A stretch of DNA of 64,000 nt from Phoronis australis (GCA_002633005.1 NMRA01000254.1:155722-219721), one strand, 5' to 3'; positions 38,401 through 52,810 are shown, counted from the first letter of the stretch. A program made the numbers and translations. The notes: generated by a model not told the origin, from the sequence alone.

Positions 38401-41400
38401 TAGCAGATGGTGTAGGAGTATTGCCTTGCGTCAAAGTCAAGAGCTTATAAGCGATTTGCGAGCGAATAAACTGAGGCCGGTTTCTCTAAAATCTAACCTC
38501 ACGACATTTTTTACGCTCAGCGTAAACGTAGACTTACGACCAGTCGTAAGATTTGGCGTTGCTACGTGGTGCTCGTTTCATCAGAGGTCGTAAGACCAGT
38601 CGTAGATAATTAAAACGGTAATCGGCACGTTACTGCAAACGTAAAGCTACGGTTTTATAGATGAGAGAAACGTTGCAATTGAGGTTAAGTTGAAAATTTT
38701 TCATATTCAAACCTAACGACCACCTTCACAAGTCTAACTAATCAACTTCGTGGAAATTAAAATTACGACCGTTGCTAAAATCGGACTTAAGACATTTGAT
38801 AAAACAGACTTGGACATGCGAGTGTCGCTTTATTTCCTTGCGTCCATCGAGACGCCGTGGCTCAACATTTTGAAAAAATGCGATATTACGTAAGAGGCAG
38901 ACCTCCCAGAAGATACATGTTTTGCAGGGTGTTTCAAAATCGTCTCAAATTTTTGGACCTCAGGAAGCGCACTCAATGTTTGGAGAACTCACGATTCTGA
39001 CCCTGGCCTTTGAAATTGTTGCCAACACGTCATGCCAGTAAGTGAAGCCAATAAGTTGTTACAGAATTTTGGTGAGCGTCACGCGGTTAAAATGGAAGGG
39101 GTCATTTAGAAAATAAACAGATCTTGCGCCTGCTTCCAATCTTCCGCCAAGAACGCCAAGAGCTTTAAATCCACCATCGGACATTCCTATCCGCAGATGT
39201 CAGTCCATCGTCAGCTAATTATCAAACCAGACACCAGCAGCGACCACTGCAACCAGTGCTGATGATGACTTGGGTTTCTAAAGAAAACTTCAAAGGTCAT
39301 TTTTTCATACCAGACCAACTTGACAGTGGATGTGAACTTTTGACGGGTTACGTCAGTGGATATTCTAGGCAATGATACATACGAATAAAATTCACTGACT
39401 TGCGCTATTTTCTACGCGCTCTTAATGTCTACCTGACACATCACACCTGAATTCACGTGGGACTGTGATGCTCAAGCAGTGAGTCACGTAATCTCCGATT
39501 GCTGCCATCAGCTAGACTGTTATTGCCAAGACAGGGAGGCATGATGGTAACGAATAATAATTACATCTCATGTTATTCCACTTGGATATCGAACAATCAG
39601 GCTTTCCTTTTGGCGAATTATCTGGGTAAAAAATGTCATAATCGAGATAAGTCGTGAATTACACAACAGGCTCTTTGTTATGGTGACTAGATAATTATAG
39701 TAATCGAGCCAGTAAATGTATTGCGCAAGCCGTTTTGTCTAACCGAAACATCCTCAAAAACGTGAAAAAGTCTAATCCTGTTGTAGAAAAAATCTACAGT
39801 CCAGACCAATAGTATATGTTATAGTATATTGTTCGCCCATTATGGCGTAAGTTGTCAAAAGGGGTTCAAATCACTCGTTCAGTCTCGTGTACAAATAAAT
39901 TGACTAGTAGTCTACAATTATTTATCTTACCAATTTCAGTGCTGTTCATATTATCGGAGATCCAAAGCGGGGGCGTTTGCACCGGGTTGTCAGTCAGTGT
40001 CCGTTTTCAATGACTGTTTTATCGGCAGTCACCTTATCCGGGCACACTCAATTCCCACCCAAACAGTAGATAATAAGATAACGCTTGTTGCTTCGTTAAT
40101 CGTTTTTGAGCGAGTCTGTTTGAAACGCTGAAACAAACATTTCCGCTCTAGACGTTTAGATTTGTAATACCTTTAGGAAACCGAGATAAGGATTTTGTTG
40201 TTCCTTTCCTAATATTTGCTGACCTTTCCTCGTGCCGCTTATTTCGGTTTATTGCTGTATACCATCCTTATGAATTGAATAAACCCTTTTAAGAAGGGAG
40301 ACCCTAAGATACATTGTACGCACAATTGAATAGATACCAAATTCACCTATGCGGGTGTCCGCCTGCTTTGGTTTTGAAAGAGTAATGGAAACTGTAGAAG
40401 AAAGTTAATTGCGTGGTAGGCACGGGCGTTCTCATTATCGGCGCGCTTTCCGTCCCTGTTATCTTTCCCACCGCTGTACAATTCTAACGAACGTAGTTGT
40501 CATGGGCTCCATTAGTATAAATTCAAATGTTAAGCTTCCTCAATGTATCATTGACAGTAAAAACAGATTCATATCATCTGTAGCATGAACCTGGCAACAA
40601 ACAGATTGCGCGAAACATAAAATCAGTTAGCAAACTACAGGCTGTCAGCTTTACATGTATTTAGGCATGTTTTGAAGATCCGTACAGTACAGCGCCATCA
40701 CCGAAACCCACTCCTTTAGCGCATATTTTGAGATGGAGTCCCTTGTTTTTGTTCAAGGGATCAAAGATCGAGCAATGCCCTAAGTTAGTTAACTTACATG
40801 CCAGAAAATCAAACTGAAACTATCTTGTTGTCATTTCGAGGAATTATTTATTGTCATGTGTTTTTATAAATCTACAATCGATATCACAGTACTGGCTATA
40901 AACATCACCGACAACATTCTGAAAAAAGTCAACACGATGGCGGCCATTTTATTGGCATGTGTCATGTGACCTTAAACTCATCAAAAAACAATTAAGTTGA
41001 TAATAACAGATTGCCAGTTCAGCAGGGCGGCAGGTGAATCGCTCTCATGTACGTTATGTTTCACACATCTAAAGTTACGAAATCACATCGCAGCTGTCCA
41101 GGTGACTGTTTATTTACTGCAATTTCGTGTAACAAACACGGCGGAGATCAACAACCCCCAAATGCTACAGTGGCTGACGACCAAGAAACGCAGAGTTCTC
41201 GCTGCAATCTGACTGTTTTTTCAAGCCGTCAAGAGCCAATCAGCTTGAGAGGCTGGCGATGGCCGGGCTTGTTGTTTGGGTACAAGCATGTGGCCACGTG
41301 ACGACATTGCATACCATTTTCACCACAACTGGTCTTAATATAGCCACGGTGAAGCTCTCCCGTGAAGCTTTCCGTTGAGAATGCATAGAATGCTCCGGTA

Positions 41401-42049
41401 CGCATTAAAGAAATGTTAACGGCACAGCAGCAGAGGTCGTATTGAGCATCGGGTTAATTGTTTGTTAATTACAATACCATTGGCGGAAAATGCAAATTTA
41501 GAAAACCTTCCTGCTCACAAGTTGACTGACATTTAACGTAGCTTGTTTTATATTCATTAGCTCACATTTTGCGTTTGCAAGCGAATTATTACGATAGTTC
41601 CTGTTTCATGAAAAATCACTTAAGATTTAAGTAGGAAACTTAGCGTTATGCTCCACACAACTATTTCTGCATAATAATAAAGTCTGTCTTGAACAAAAGT
41701 CAAAATCCACCGAGAACACACACATAACTATTAGGTACCGAGATAATTTCTAAAAAATTATTTTTAGACTGTGATGAACTCATTATTTCTTGACGGAGCC
41801 TTTATTCAAGAGTTTTGAAGTGGGAGTCTAAAACCAATGCTCCTAAACTTATGGAATGAACTGAACGGCTATGCAATTTGAACACCATCTACATCTACGC
41901 CAAAGATACTGTGTAGGCCTATATATGTGTAACTATAATATCTGTCTACGCTAAACAAAGTGCAGTCGACAACTTGTAAATGTATAAACAAAAAATTCTG
42001 CAAATAGATGACCTCTTCACTAATGACGTACCTCGGGGGCTCTCATAGT

Positions 42050-42237
42050 ATCACGCCACATACTTACTGGATACGGTTGAGTGATTTACGGCGGATCATT
42101 TTCGACACAAAATTCGTTTTTAAAAACATTTGGCAATTTTCAACCTACTTCATATTCACATCGCAGCTATATGTTGTGCTTCTAACTAATTTGGCCTAGC
42201 AATCACATTGATAAAGAATTAGTGTGCAAGTTCCACT
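42050..42237. mobile_element. Dispersed repeat with a Kolobok-like end (CCACT|TTAA), copy 1
   Basis: About 180 bp similar to 61278-61451. Both copies end caagttccactttaa. Confidence 0.65.
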
Positions 42238-42445
42238 TTAAGTGAGTTTTCATGAAACAGACCCCAGCATTATACAGGTACGTTTTCTTGAACGAATGTC
42301 GTGTGCGACAAAACCGAAGCTGATCATGAGTGCTCCAGTGGGCAGATGTTCCGTCAGCACTTTCCAAGTTCATAAGTAGCGCGACGACTTTTCGTTTTAC
42401 AAAGAATATGCCCGATTTTCCTATGATTTTCGTCCAATTATAAAG

Positions 42446-42576
42446 CATGGGCGGTGCACCATAAGGGTCTGGGGGGCTATAGCCCCCCTCTCTTTTCAGT
42501 GCTCCGCCGCGCATGGTCTTTAGTGGCCGGTGCATCACAGGGGGGCTCTAGTCTTTTCAGTGCTGCGCCGCCCATG
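42446..42576. mobile_element. 131-bp MITE with TAAAG direct flanks
   Basis: CATGGGCGGTGCA...TGCGCCGCCCATG TIRs, with TAAAG at 42441-42445 and 42577-42581. Confidence 0.7.
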
Positions 42577-45500
42577 TAAAGAAATTGCCTATTGGCGATC
42601 GGACCACTGACTCTACAGTCCGGTTGTTCCACGGAATCGTATACGAAGATCAAAGTGCGATAACACGATTTTAGAGTTCCAACGCTCGGCACCGACTCGA
42701 GTGAAAGTGAGTCGCAGCCTAAGATGATGAAGGCGAGATTTGCATGTTTCTCAGAAAATCGAGGTGGACAAAGCCTGGACCAGGTCAAAACAAAGTTGGT
42801 TCCAGTCTGCATTTTTTTTGGAAAAACAAGTACGTGGTGTAGTATTTTTAGTTGCTCTCATTTTGAAAAATAATCCACCTGTGTCGAGCAAAATGATGTG
42901 AGATTTGTTTATTTATTTTTCACTCATCGCTTACCCTTGCTTACACGCCTTCAGTGTGCAGCTTTTCAAAAAAAAAACACACCGGACGTTGGGCCTTTTT
43001 AGTCGTTGAGCACAGCTCTCAAAACGAGACGGCGTACAGACCAGAGTAAACTTTACTTTTGACCTAACAAGGACGTCAATTATTAATGTCAAAAGCCCTG
43101 GATATTATCGCCTACAATATTATTTTTCAATTGATCGGATCAGAGTTGGCTGTTAAGATTGTCATCGGTTGACCTACTTCTAACAAAAAACCGGCTACCT
43201 CAGACGGTGACGTTTTTACCGCGGATTTCACTCCCGACGCCATAGAAGCCTTCTTTGAACAAAATACACCGGTGTTAAAAGTCGACCACGTCACAGTGCA
43301 CGAGTTTTTGTGTGTGTGGTAAAAACTTTGATTGATGAGTAGTGTTACTGTTGGTTCATGAGTTCTCTTCATGGTGGTGTTTCAACAAGCTGAATGAGGG
43401 AATGCCGTCAGTTCATTTTAACATGTTCTCGAAATCACCTGCATCTCAAACATTGCGCAGTTGCTGCCTGAATCATCGCCAACACGGATGTATCAAATAA
43501 CAAATGTCGGGTTACAAAAACAATGCACCAAAAAAGCAAAACAAGCAATGCTGCGTTATTACTCGTGACATATTAAAGAAAACACCCCGACTTCATTCAC
43601 AGTCCAATGAAACCTACACTATTATACGTACTTTTCATGGATCAAGTTTTTATGAACGTTTTAATTCGCTTGCGGCTTCTGTAGGCCGTGTAAACACAGG
43701 TGGTCCCGAGACCAGGGGTATTCAATGACTAGATTAAAAAGCCTTGCGGAGGTCTCTCGTCAGTCATAGTTATACAGCTGTAAAGACCACATTATTATTA
43801 TTATTTTTGGAAATAATTAAATCGTCCGACTGACAGACTGGCGTCCACGTGTAGCCTGCAAAGCGTCAACATTCCGAGTATGTACCATACCCGCGTATTA
43901 CCTTGTGCCTGCTCCGTTGACCCAATGCACTCGCGATTAACACAAGCTCGTGCAAGTCTTCGCGTGATATTGCCATGCATTGCAAGCGAAGCACGCGGTC
44001 GGACTATCTTTACTCGTGAGATACTTGCGCCTCTACTGAACTAAATTCTTGATGTAAGAATTTTGCATTAAAGTGCAAGATGAAATGTGTTTTGTTCTCT
44101 TAAATGCTCGTTGTCCATTAATCACCAAAAACCAACACTTTTGCACGTGGAGCGTTCTGTTGTGGGCTTTATCAGGGATCGATTCAGGATTCGTGTAGGT
44201 CTGTTATCCGAAGTATTTCCGGAAAATTTTTAGGGAAAAAGGTAGTAAAACACGCTATCGTCGGGTACAGTGGTAGTCCCGATGGCTCTGTAGTGTAAAG
44301 TTGTTATTTTGTATCAGCAAACAGGACTTTTTGGTTGTGAAGTTCACTTGTGACTCGTAACGTAAGAGATCGCTGAGAAATATTTACTGAGTCCTCATAC
44401 CAATACGTCTGAGGTAACTCTCACTGAGGCCTTGGTACGTTGCTCAAACGCTTGCCGACAACCGCGTTTATCTTGATCTTTTTAGAACATTCCTCTCATT
44501 CGCTGTAATTGCATATATATATTTATATGTATGAGAGCTATGTTAAAAAGACTGTGACAAGCTCCGGTGCACACAGCTTACTAGTTGGCTTGATTTACTC
44601 TCACGGCGCCATGGTCAAATCAGCCAAGTGTTGCGAACAAATCATGAAAAGTGATTCATTCGACGAAGTTCTCTGCTCAAGTTATTTGGTTGAGAGCATT
44701 TCAAGGCCATGTTGGACCCTAGAATAATGTCTAAATTTGGCTCATTTGGAGCATCACATCTTAGAAATGGCTGCAGGGGCGGATCCAGAATTTTAAGTTG
44801 CGAACTTATATACTTTAGGAGGAAACTAACAATATTTTTTGAGAATTGAACATTTATATCAAATGAAATTTGTTTATGTTATTGATACTGTTATATGAAT
44901 GTATTTTTCTTTTGTGCTAAATATTACTATAAAGTCATAACGTGATCCAATGAATAACAGATTGCCATGAAGATAAAAATAAAATTTTCTACAGGTTTCT
45001 AAATTTAGGAAAAAAATACTTTTACAGATTTAATTTCTATAGTTTTCTAGATAGACTTGTTGATAAAGTGCTACACATCCTTGAAGTTTATGGCCTTCAA
45101 GTGACCAGATGTAAAATTGACAACCTCCCCGTCAGAAATAGTCAGTAAAACTATATAAGCAGTCACCTGTGGCAGGTGCTCATTTAGGATTTCAAAAATA
45201 AGGCTGTCAAAATGGGTTCCAAGACTATTGATGCACGAGTGCATTTTATGGCCCTAAGTGAAATTGTTGCTATAGTGTGGAACATTGTTGTATAGAAGTG
45301 AGTCTGTAAAAGTTTGTTGTGTCTTGCATCATATGTTCAGTTCATGTAGGATCCTTCCAAACACAATATCTCAGAAATGGCTTACTGGATTTATATGTGT
45401 TATTATTATTATATTTATTTATTATAGTGACATTAGGGTGCCAGTAAATACAATATCAAAAACAGAATATTCACCACACCCCCCAGCCTCAATGGGCTTA

Positions 45501-46828
45501 CTCAGTCACCTAATAATAATCAAATTATTACATAACATATTGCACAAGCTCAAATATGACCACTTCAGACTAGTTTATAAACAAACCATTACTTCTAACA
45601 TGCAAAGCGTCTTGAATGAATTTCGCTAGACCTTTCAAGTTATTTTGGAATATTTGAGGTAGGACAGAATTCCGTATAACGTATGGTCGAAGTAAGTTGT
45701 TTTTTGGGTGGCATTCTCCTTTAATTTGTGGAAATTCGCTCTTCGCTGTTGTCCCGAACATAAATTTAGTTTTGATTTACGTGAAATTTTATTGTTTTTT
45801 ATGTATACCTGTTTATCCCTGCTCTGCCTGTTTCATTCAGCAGCAATAGTGTACAAATCAGTTGTTGTTATATGGTTATACGAACACCTAAATGGGCATA
45901 GAATAGCGCTCTCTCTGATCATAAGGCAGTAAATTACCCACAATGCTGCACATCAAAGGGGCATTAACCTAACTATTGTGTCATCCAATAAGGTTGCGTA
46001 GTCAGAAGTCCTGTAGACACAAAAAGTTGTGGAGGTGTGATCAATCATTTTTAACAAGTTACTGGTGCCATGGCAACTCTCTACTTATTTTGCACAAACA
46101 TAATTGCCAAAATTGTCATTTTTCCATTTTCCAAAGGCTGATTTTTTCTGAAAATAAAGGAAACTTTAACCAAATGTTTTTGTGACATCTATACAGTACG
46201 AACCATGCCAGTATTAGACTAAAATTAACCTTTATTTTTGTGGAGAAAATTTGTCAGCTATAATGTGTGCTAAGGAAATGGAGAATTAATGTGCATTTTT
46301 AAAACTCTATCCATCGTACCATGCAGAGGGGAAGTGTTGTATTAAGCTAACTTGACTTAAATGGAACACGTGCACAAAACTCAACAAGAATACTTGATGC
46401 TTTCGTTCAGCCGACTTTCTGTAGAATCTCCAAGATTGGCATGCTCAGACGCACATTTTGAAGGTATTGGCAATTTTTGTGCACAGTAAAACGACCGGTT
46501 TAGGACACGATACAGCGGTCTAGTGTAATTTCCTCATTTTTACACAAGGTGTAAGAAGCACCACAGTATTGCTTTTCCATGTTCAAGTTCTACTTCTGCA
46601 CTATAGATGTCAGCTGACAATATTTTGAAAATTTGTGGGCATTAAAAACAATATAAGGTCTTGAAAAATGAAATTTAAGCACAATTTTGGCAATTATTTC
46701 TCTCCAAAATTAGTTGATTTTACTGTATGTAACAACTGGCATTCTTGTCACATTTTCATTGAGGATCCATTATAGCGACTTCAAATTTTAAAAATTATTC
46801 ACCTTTTTTGTTCTTTCTCTATCTGCAG

Positions 46829-47065
46829 AGGTCCACTATGCTTTGAATTTCGAGAACAGTATTCAGGATCACTATGAATCACAGAGACTCACGCTGTATA
46901 ATGAACATGGTCTGGATGCCGAGTGCCCACAGCCTGGACAACCTACACTTAGAAAGTCATTCCATGGCTTCACTCTGCCACTTGTTCCTCCCCTGGAGTA
47001 TGCCAGAATTGCGGGACCGAGTCAACGCAAGGAATGTCTGGGCGATTTGTCTCTTTGTCCATCAG
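46829..47065 (+). CDS. NRXN: Neurexin-like exon 2: N-terminal part of inserted LamG3/pentraxin-like domain 1
   Basis: Polypyrimidine tract with tgcag acceptor. Reads EVHYALNFE...ECLGDLSLCPSG, the same CLGxLxxCxxG motif as the later repeats. Donor G|gtaaaa. 237 nt, phase 1-1. Confidence 0.85.
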
Positions 47066-47735
47066 GTAAAATACCGTTATCAGAGAATGGATTCCATGTG
47101 CATGGTGACATATGCTGTGACAAAACTTGCTTGCCTGAAATTCTGTGACATTTTGTGACATTTTGAGAATTCGGTGACAAATTGTGACCCAAGTAATTAG
47201 TGTTAGTGTTTTGTTGTGTTTACCCTTATTTTGTGCTGCTTCAAGCGGTAGTTCCTTTTTCTCAAATTATAAAATTCTGGAATTCATCGTTATCACAAAC
47301 AAATATTGTGTCTCGCATATGTGGCAAAAGTAAAGTTGATGTGGCTTTTTCTTGCAAAAAGCACCAAAAACCTGTCCTTTGACTATTGAGGCTTCCCTGT
47401 GACAGAAAAAATTGAGGTAATGACACAAATTGGGACTTGCCATTTAACGTGAATCTTTTCCTTGTTTTATACAAAATGAAAGCATGCTCACCTCACCAAT
47501 GTTCCTCTTTTTTGTCTCATATTTCATTGGCTGCACCAAGTCAGCAAATTTTTTGAAAGAATAAATTGCCTCAGCAATAGTTTTTTATTTAAGTTTGATC
47601 AAAGTTCACAAATCTTGTTGCATAAATCGTAAAGAACAAGGTGAATTTACAGAAGATTCTTTTAAAAATTTTGTAACAAAACGGAATTCAGTCAATGATT
47701 GCATGAGATAGTCAGCTTAGGCAAAGGCAACTCAG

Positions 47736-47933
47736 AAGATGAATGAAAATTGTAAATAACTGAAAATCATAAGATAATTGACTGCTATATCTTGCTCTAA
47801 TACGTGAAATGTTGCTCTCAATGGATGTATGAGTTTAGACAAAGGCAACATACAAGATGAATGAAATTGTAAACAATTAAAAATCATTAGATAATCGACT
47901 GCTATATCCTGCTCAAAATGGTGAAATGTTGCT
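47736..47933. repeat. Intronic direct duplication (~80 bp, period ~118 bp)
   Basis: aagatgaatgaaa(a)ttgtaaa...gactgctatatc.tgctc...gtgaaatgttgct occurs twice. Confidence 0.75.
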
Positions 47934-48207
47934 GACTTGTGAAGCACGTGGAACTTTTCTGGCAACTGACGTAAGTTCCATCGGAAGTAAATCCTTGTGA
48001 TTGCTCCATCAAAAATGCCTGATGCCTCATTTCAATTGACTTTTAGTGAAATAAAACTTCCTGGTTAGGCCAAAAAGCACCAGAAAGCACCACTAGTACA
48101 AGGCATGTACTAACACTGAATAGACTATCGATTGTTTTGATATAAGCACAATTCTTCAATAAAGTCAGGTCTGTACAACCTGTTGAGTACCTTCTGTATT
48201 TCTTTAG

Positions 48208-48657
48208 GTTACACGTTTTCCATATGGTTAATGTTCCCGGAACCTGTATACGAAGAAGGTGTCTACATTTCCAATGGTGGCCACAGCCAATCCTCTCATG
48301 GCATTGCCGTCCTCTATGGCAAAGGCAAACTCACCATCGTGTTCCGCCTGAAGAACGGGCAAGTGTGGAGAACATCCTATGACAATCTGCTAGAGGGAAG
48401 TTGGTATCATATGGCGGCATCATGGCACCAAGACCGTGGGCTGTTCCTTTATATCAATGGCATACTGGAATCATCGTCCCCTCGGGCAGTGTATGAGGGG
48501 GCAGTGGTGGGTGCTGTCACAGACAATTACTTCACTATTGGCCGACCAAACGAGAACCGTGTTTCGAGCTCAGAGTTGGCAAAACTTGGAAAGATCACAG
48601 TTGATGAGTTCAACTTTTATGACAGTTTCAAGGATGCAGCTTTTATCCGAAATAATG
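48208..48657 (+). CDS. NRXN: Neurexin-like exon 3: rest of LamG3-like domain 1
   Basis: tttag acceptor. GYTFSIW...WYHMAASWH...LYING...FTIGR...VDEFNFY. Donor G|gtgagt. 450 nt, phase 1-1. Confidence 0.9.
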
Positions 48658-48882
48658 GTGAGTTCATCAGAGTGTTGTCATTTTCTGAATCAAATTACTG
48701 CACATAACATAAGGAGATTCATTTTTGAAGTTGCTTGCATAATTAGTAACCTTCTAACTAGAAAACCTTGTTTTGACTAGTCACACGCAAAGTCAAAAGT
48801 TTGTTTTAAGAAGTTTCAGTGCATTGCTTGTTTTGGAAAAACACGCATTTACAACATATGCAGTACTTAATTGTATTTTCAG

Positions 48883-49521
48883 GGCCTAACTACAAAATGA
48901 CCCTGTCAATGAACAGCTTGCAGGCAAGCCGTGTTCAATGGAGAAACAACGCTGCTGATGCCCGTGTGACAGGTACCGCGACGCTCGTCGATGGCAAAAT
49001 CAGTAAAGCCATGACTCTCAACAGCGCGTATGTCGTTCTCAACGATGGGGAGGGCTCCTGCCTCACAGACCTGGACAAGTGCTTCAATAAGGGACTCTAT
49101 ATATCATTCTGGATCTTTTTCAACCAACGTCTAGGGTCAGGAACGTACTACTTGTTAGACACATCGGGCAGCCGTGGTGTTTCGCTGTTCTACCAGAATG
49201 GTAGACTGCAAGCAAAGGCAAGAACGTCCAAGAAAATGTGGTCAGCTCAGTGGGCTGGTATAACACACAATACGTGGTATTTTGTCGAGCTATCCTGGGG
49301 TGGCAGCACACCGCTGCAGTTGTTCGTAAACAGGGCACTTGTTGCTTCGGCTACAGACTTTGTCGCTCTAAACACGGGTGGCTCCAATGTTGTGTTGAAT
49401 CACGTGATGTTGATTGGCCGTAAGGTTGATGGTGGTGCTACAGTTCCTGGCATTATTGATGAGGTGGAAATATGGTTCGCCAGCAGAGACGCGCTCTTGG
49501 AAGGGAACTTTATATTTAGAG
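48883..49521 (+). CDS. NRXN: Neurexin-like exon 4: LamG3-like domain 2
   Basis: ttttcag acceptor. CLTDLDKC, WYFVELSW, IGR, IDEVEIW. Donor G|gtttgt. 639 nt, phase 1-1. Confidence 0.9.
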
Positions 49522-49849
49522 GTTTGTTCGTGTTGCTTGTGAATCATTTTAAACGTTTACTGAACCCTGTTATGATTATTTCATCCGTCACTGATTTTGT
49601 CAGATGGTATTGCTCAATTACTACATTTTCACTGAAAGACAAAGGCGTAGTTCAGCTAAAAAACTTCCGCATAATGTCGCCCAAAGTCGTACCTGTGGTT
49701 TGGGTATGGTGATCTTTCTGTAAAGCTGCTGTTATAACTCGTCCAAAGTGTACTGATTTAGCAAACCTAATGAGATTTTTGCTCCAAATTTTGAAGGTAG
49801 AGGAGAGTCACAGGGTATCAACGCAATTATATCATGTTGTAGTCGAATT

Positions 49850-50117
49850 TAAAATCTGATGAGTAGAGGTTTCTTTTTTCACAACCAGTAATAATATATT
49901 TACACTTGAACAGTTCTGTCTCCTATCAACAGCCGTCTTATTGGACACTAGGTGGCGTGGTGATCAAGCTGTTCCAATTTCTGGACAACTTATACCCTAT
50001 TCCATCCCTGTTGATGACCCATCCATTTTTCTTGACTCAGATTGACTTTCTTATCAACTGAGGGTAAATATGTTCTTACTGGTTGTGAAAAAAGAAACTA
50101 CTACTCGTCAAATCTTA
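49850..50117. mobile_element. Intronic MITE-like inverted repeat (~60-bp arms)
   Basis: tgatgagtagaggtttcttttttcacaaccagtaataatatatttac is mirrored by gtaaatatgttcttactggttgtgaaaaaagaaactactactcgtca. Confidence 0.75.
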
Positions 50118-50657
50118 CGAAACTATTTAGTGATGTAAAAATCTGTTTGCAACGTGTGATGTCTTTCGAATGGGCGAAATGAGAATTTGGTCACATGCTA
50201 TTATGCCGAGACACTTTTGTGAAGACATTTTGAAAATTTAATATTAAGTGAGTAGACATAAAACCAACCAGCTGGTGGTATGCATTATGTGTTTGGTGCG
50301 CCTCCTGGTGTTTATTGTTGTATGTACGTTCTCTTGTACATGAGGTCTCGTAACTGAGTTAAGTACAGTGCAAGCCAAAAATATTCAGACTTGGACCCGT
50401 AGTTCCACGTCATGACAGATAGGCAGACGCCGAATTCATAGTCAGATTGTAGTCTTCCCTCGTGACCGAGAATGAAGAGGAATGAACAGGAAAGGTAGTA
50501 AGGCGGTTAAGCCAATTTGTAATTAGAATTTTGCTCCCCTTTTCGTTACAACCAGTCGGTTTTGCTGTTAAGAGAATTAGCCGTCATCACAAGAAATCGG
50601 TGTTTTGTCTGATTACTTTTGTCTTGTATGGTACATAAGAGTTCGCTTCATTTCCAG

Positions 50658-51314
50658 ATAAACCCAGGCTACACTACTGGAGCATGAATGCTGTGGAAGG
50701 AAATGTCAACCAGCGATCTTCTATGAGAATAAGCCAACACCGCAGCCCGCAACTTGTTAATGGGAAAATAAAAGGAGCGATTCAATACAACGGAGAAAAC
50801 CAATATGGTGTTATAAGAAGAATCGTGAAGAGATGTGATGGAAATCTGAACTATTGCACCCGAGGTCTGACCTTGTCGACATGGTTACGACCTGGCGACC
50901 TTTCCTCCAATGAACACTATATGTCCACGGGTCCCAACGGAATTGACCTCTCGTTGAACAACGGACGGCTCGTTGCAACTGCCCAAACATCAACTCGCGT
51001 CTGGACGGTATCCACCAATCAGTTTTCTCCAAGCAAATGGCAGTACATTGAAATATCCTGGCACCCAGAGTTTGGCCTGAAACTGTATAAAAATTTTAAG
51101 TTGATTGCCAAGTCATCGTCCTTCACTGCCCGTGACCCCGCAACGGTTGTCGACCCTCGTTCCAGCAAGATAGAATACTTGCTGGCCCGTGGTCGTAGTG
51201 GTAGGTCTCCCAGTGCACCACTCTCGAGGGCGTTTGCCAATATGACGATTGACGAACTCCAAGTGTGGCAGTCCGACCGAGAGAATCTGCTTGCTTTCAA
51301 CTTTGCACTAAGAG
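50658..51314 (+). CDS. NRXN: Neurexin-like exon 5: LamG3-like domain 3
   Basis: tttccag acceptor. CDGNLNYCTRGLT, WQYIEISWHP, IDELQVW. Donor G|gtaggt. 657 nt, phase 1-1. Confidence 0.9.
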
Positions 51315-51990
51315 GTAGGTGATCTTATGCTATTGTTTCGGTCTTTGAATTGGTGTGAGCACTCAGTTGTTTTATTTTGATGAATTCATTGTCTGATTCA
51401 TTAATATTTTGTGGTTGTTTAGTAATCCATGGTATATTTACACTAACTTCTGACTTATTCACATTGGCATGATGTTTCACACGAACATTTCTACAGCTAT
51501 ATCTGACTCATTTGTTACATGTTCTGGTAAATAGACACATAGATTTTTATATATGTTTACACCTTTCCAGTTTTTTAAAAATTATAATAGCTATAAATTA
51601 AATATAATGGGGTTAATACATGAATTTAACTAAGTTGATTGTTGTTGATTAGTTGTGCGGAGGGCAACACCAAATTTCTGACTCAAGTCTTGAGTCACTT
51701 TTCATGACTCAGACCCTAGGCTCAATAAGTTGACTTATTACATCATGTTATTTATACATTTAGCATGGCCTCAACCAGTCATCAAACTGCCAGTTCTTTC
51801 AGAGGCACCAGATCCAGATCACTGGTCATTTGAGTAATACTTCATGGCGGTCTAAGTCAAAAGTCAGTCTTTTGAAGGAAAGGGAGTTCATAGCCACTTT
51901 AGCATCGTAACACAGTGTTTTTTTTTCTGTTTGCATTATTTATTTTGTCGAGAATGCCTCCGTCACAGAAGAGTTTATGTGTACTTGTAG

Positions 51991-52653
51991 GCAAGCCCAC
52001 TAATTATGAACTGGATATGGACCTCATCTCCCGCCAGCTTGGATATAACCCGAGATTGTACCATCCGCAGCTGGATATTGAGTTGTTTAATTCCCCGTCG
52101 CTCGTGGCAGATGGCAAGATCAACAGTGCTCTCCGTCTCGGTGGGAGACAGTACGCAGATCTAGGCACGCAGGCAGACAAGTGTCTCGGAAATATCGGAC
52201 ACTGCAAGCATGGATACACTTTAGTCACGTGGTTGAAATTTGAAGATTTGGAGGAGAATTCGTACGTATTGTCTTCTGGCAACCGTGGCGTGACGCTGTA
52301 TTACAGCAATGGAAAACTAAGAGCTGTTTTCAAGCACCACAGTGATAACCAGCAGTGGTCGCTGAGTGCTGACAATATCGAAACGGGGAAATGGTATCTC
52401 GTAGATCTCTCTTGGCACCCTGTTCGCGGAGCTGCCATGTTCATCAATGATAAACTTGTATCAGAGAGTACCGTTGGAGTGAATGCTGCGGCCTCCTCCA
52501 CCTCCGTCACTCCTCATTTCTATCTTGGTCGTGCAAACTCGGGCGATGCTCTTGGCGGCGTGCGAACCAGGGGAGCTGAGGCTGTTCTGGACGAGATGGA
52601 AATCTGGTATGGCGACCGTTACTACCTGGTGGCTCATGACTATCTACAGAGAG
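51991..52653 (+). CDS. NRXN: Neurexin-like exon 6: LamG3-like domain 4
   Basis: ttgtag acceptor. CLGNIGHCKHGYT, WYLVDLSWHP, FYLGR, LDEMEIW. Donor G|gtaagg. 663 nt, phase 1-1. Confidence 0.9.
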
Positions 52654-52810
52654 GTAAGGCTCTGAGATGGTGTCTCACTGTTTGCACTAAAATCTCACCA
52701 AATTTGGACAAATGATTTACGATGATTTGTGGTTCCTAAGGGTGTCTTACTTAATATGAGATTTTTTCGATTTCAATTGTAGCCATTATGATTTTCCATT
52801 TTTGTTTTAG

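Noticed and set aside
29100-46700. Short ORFs in the 18-kb intron as hidden genes or extra exons
   Set aside because: None shows a domain motif or convincing paired splice sites, although small exons cannot be excluded by eye.
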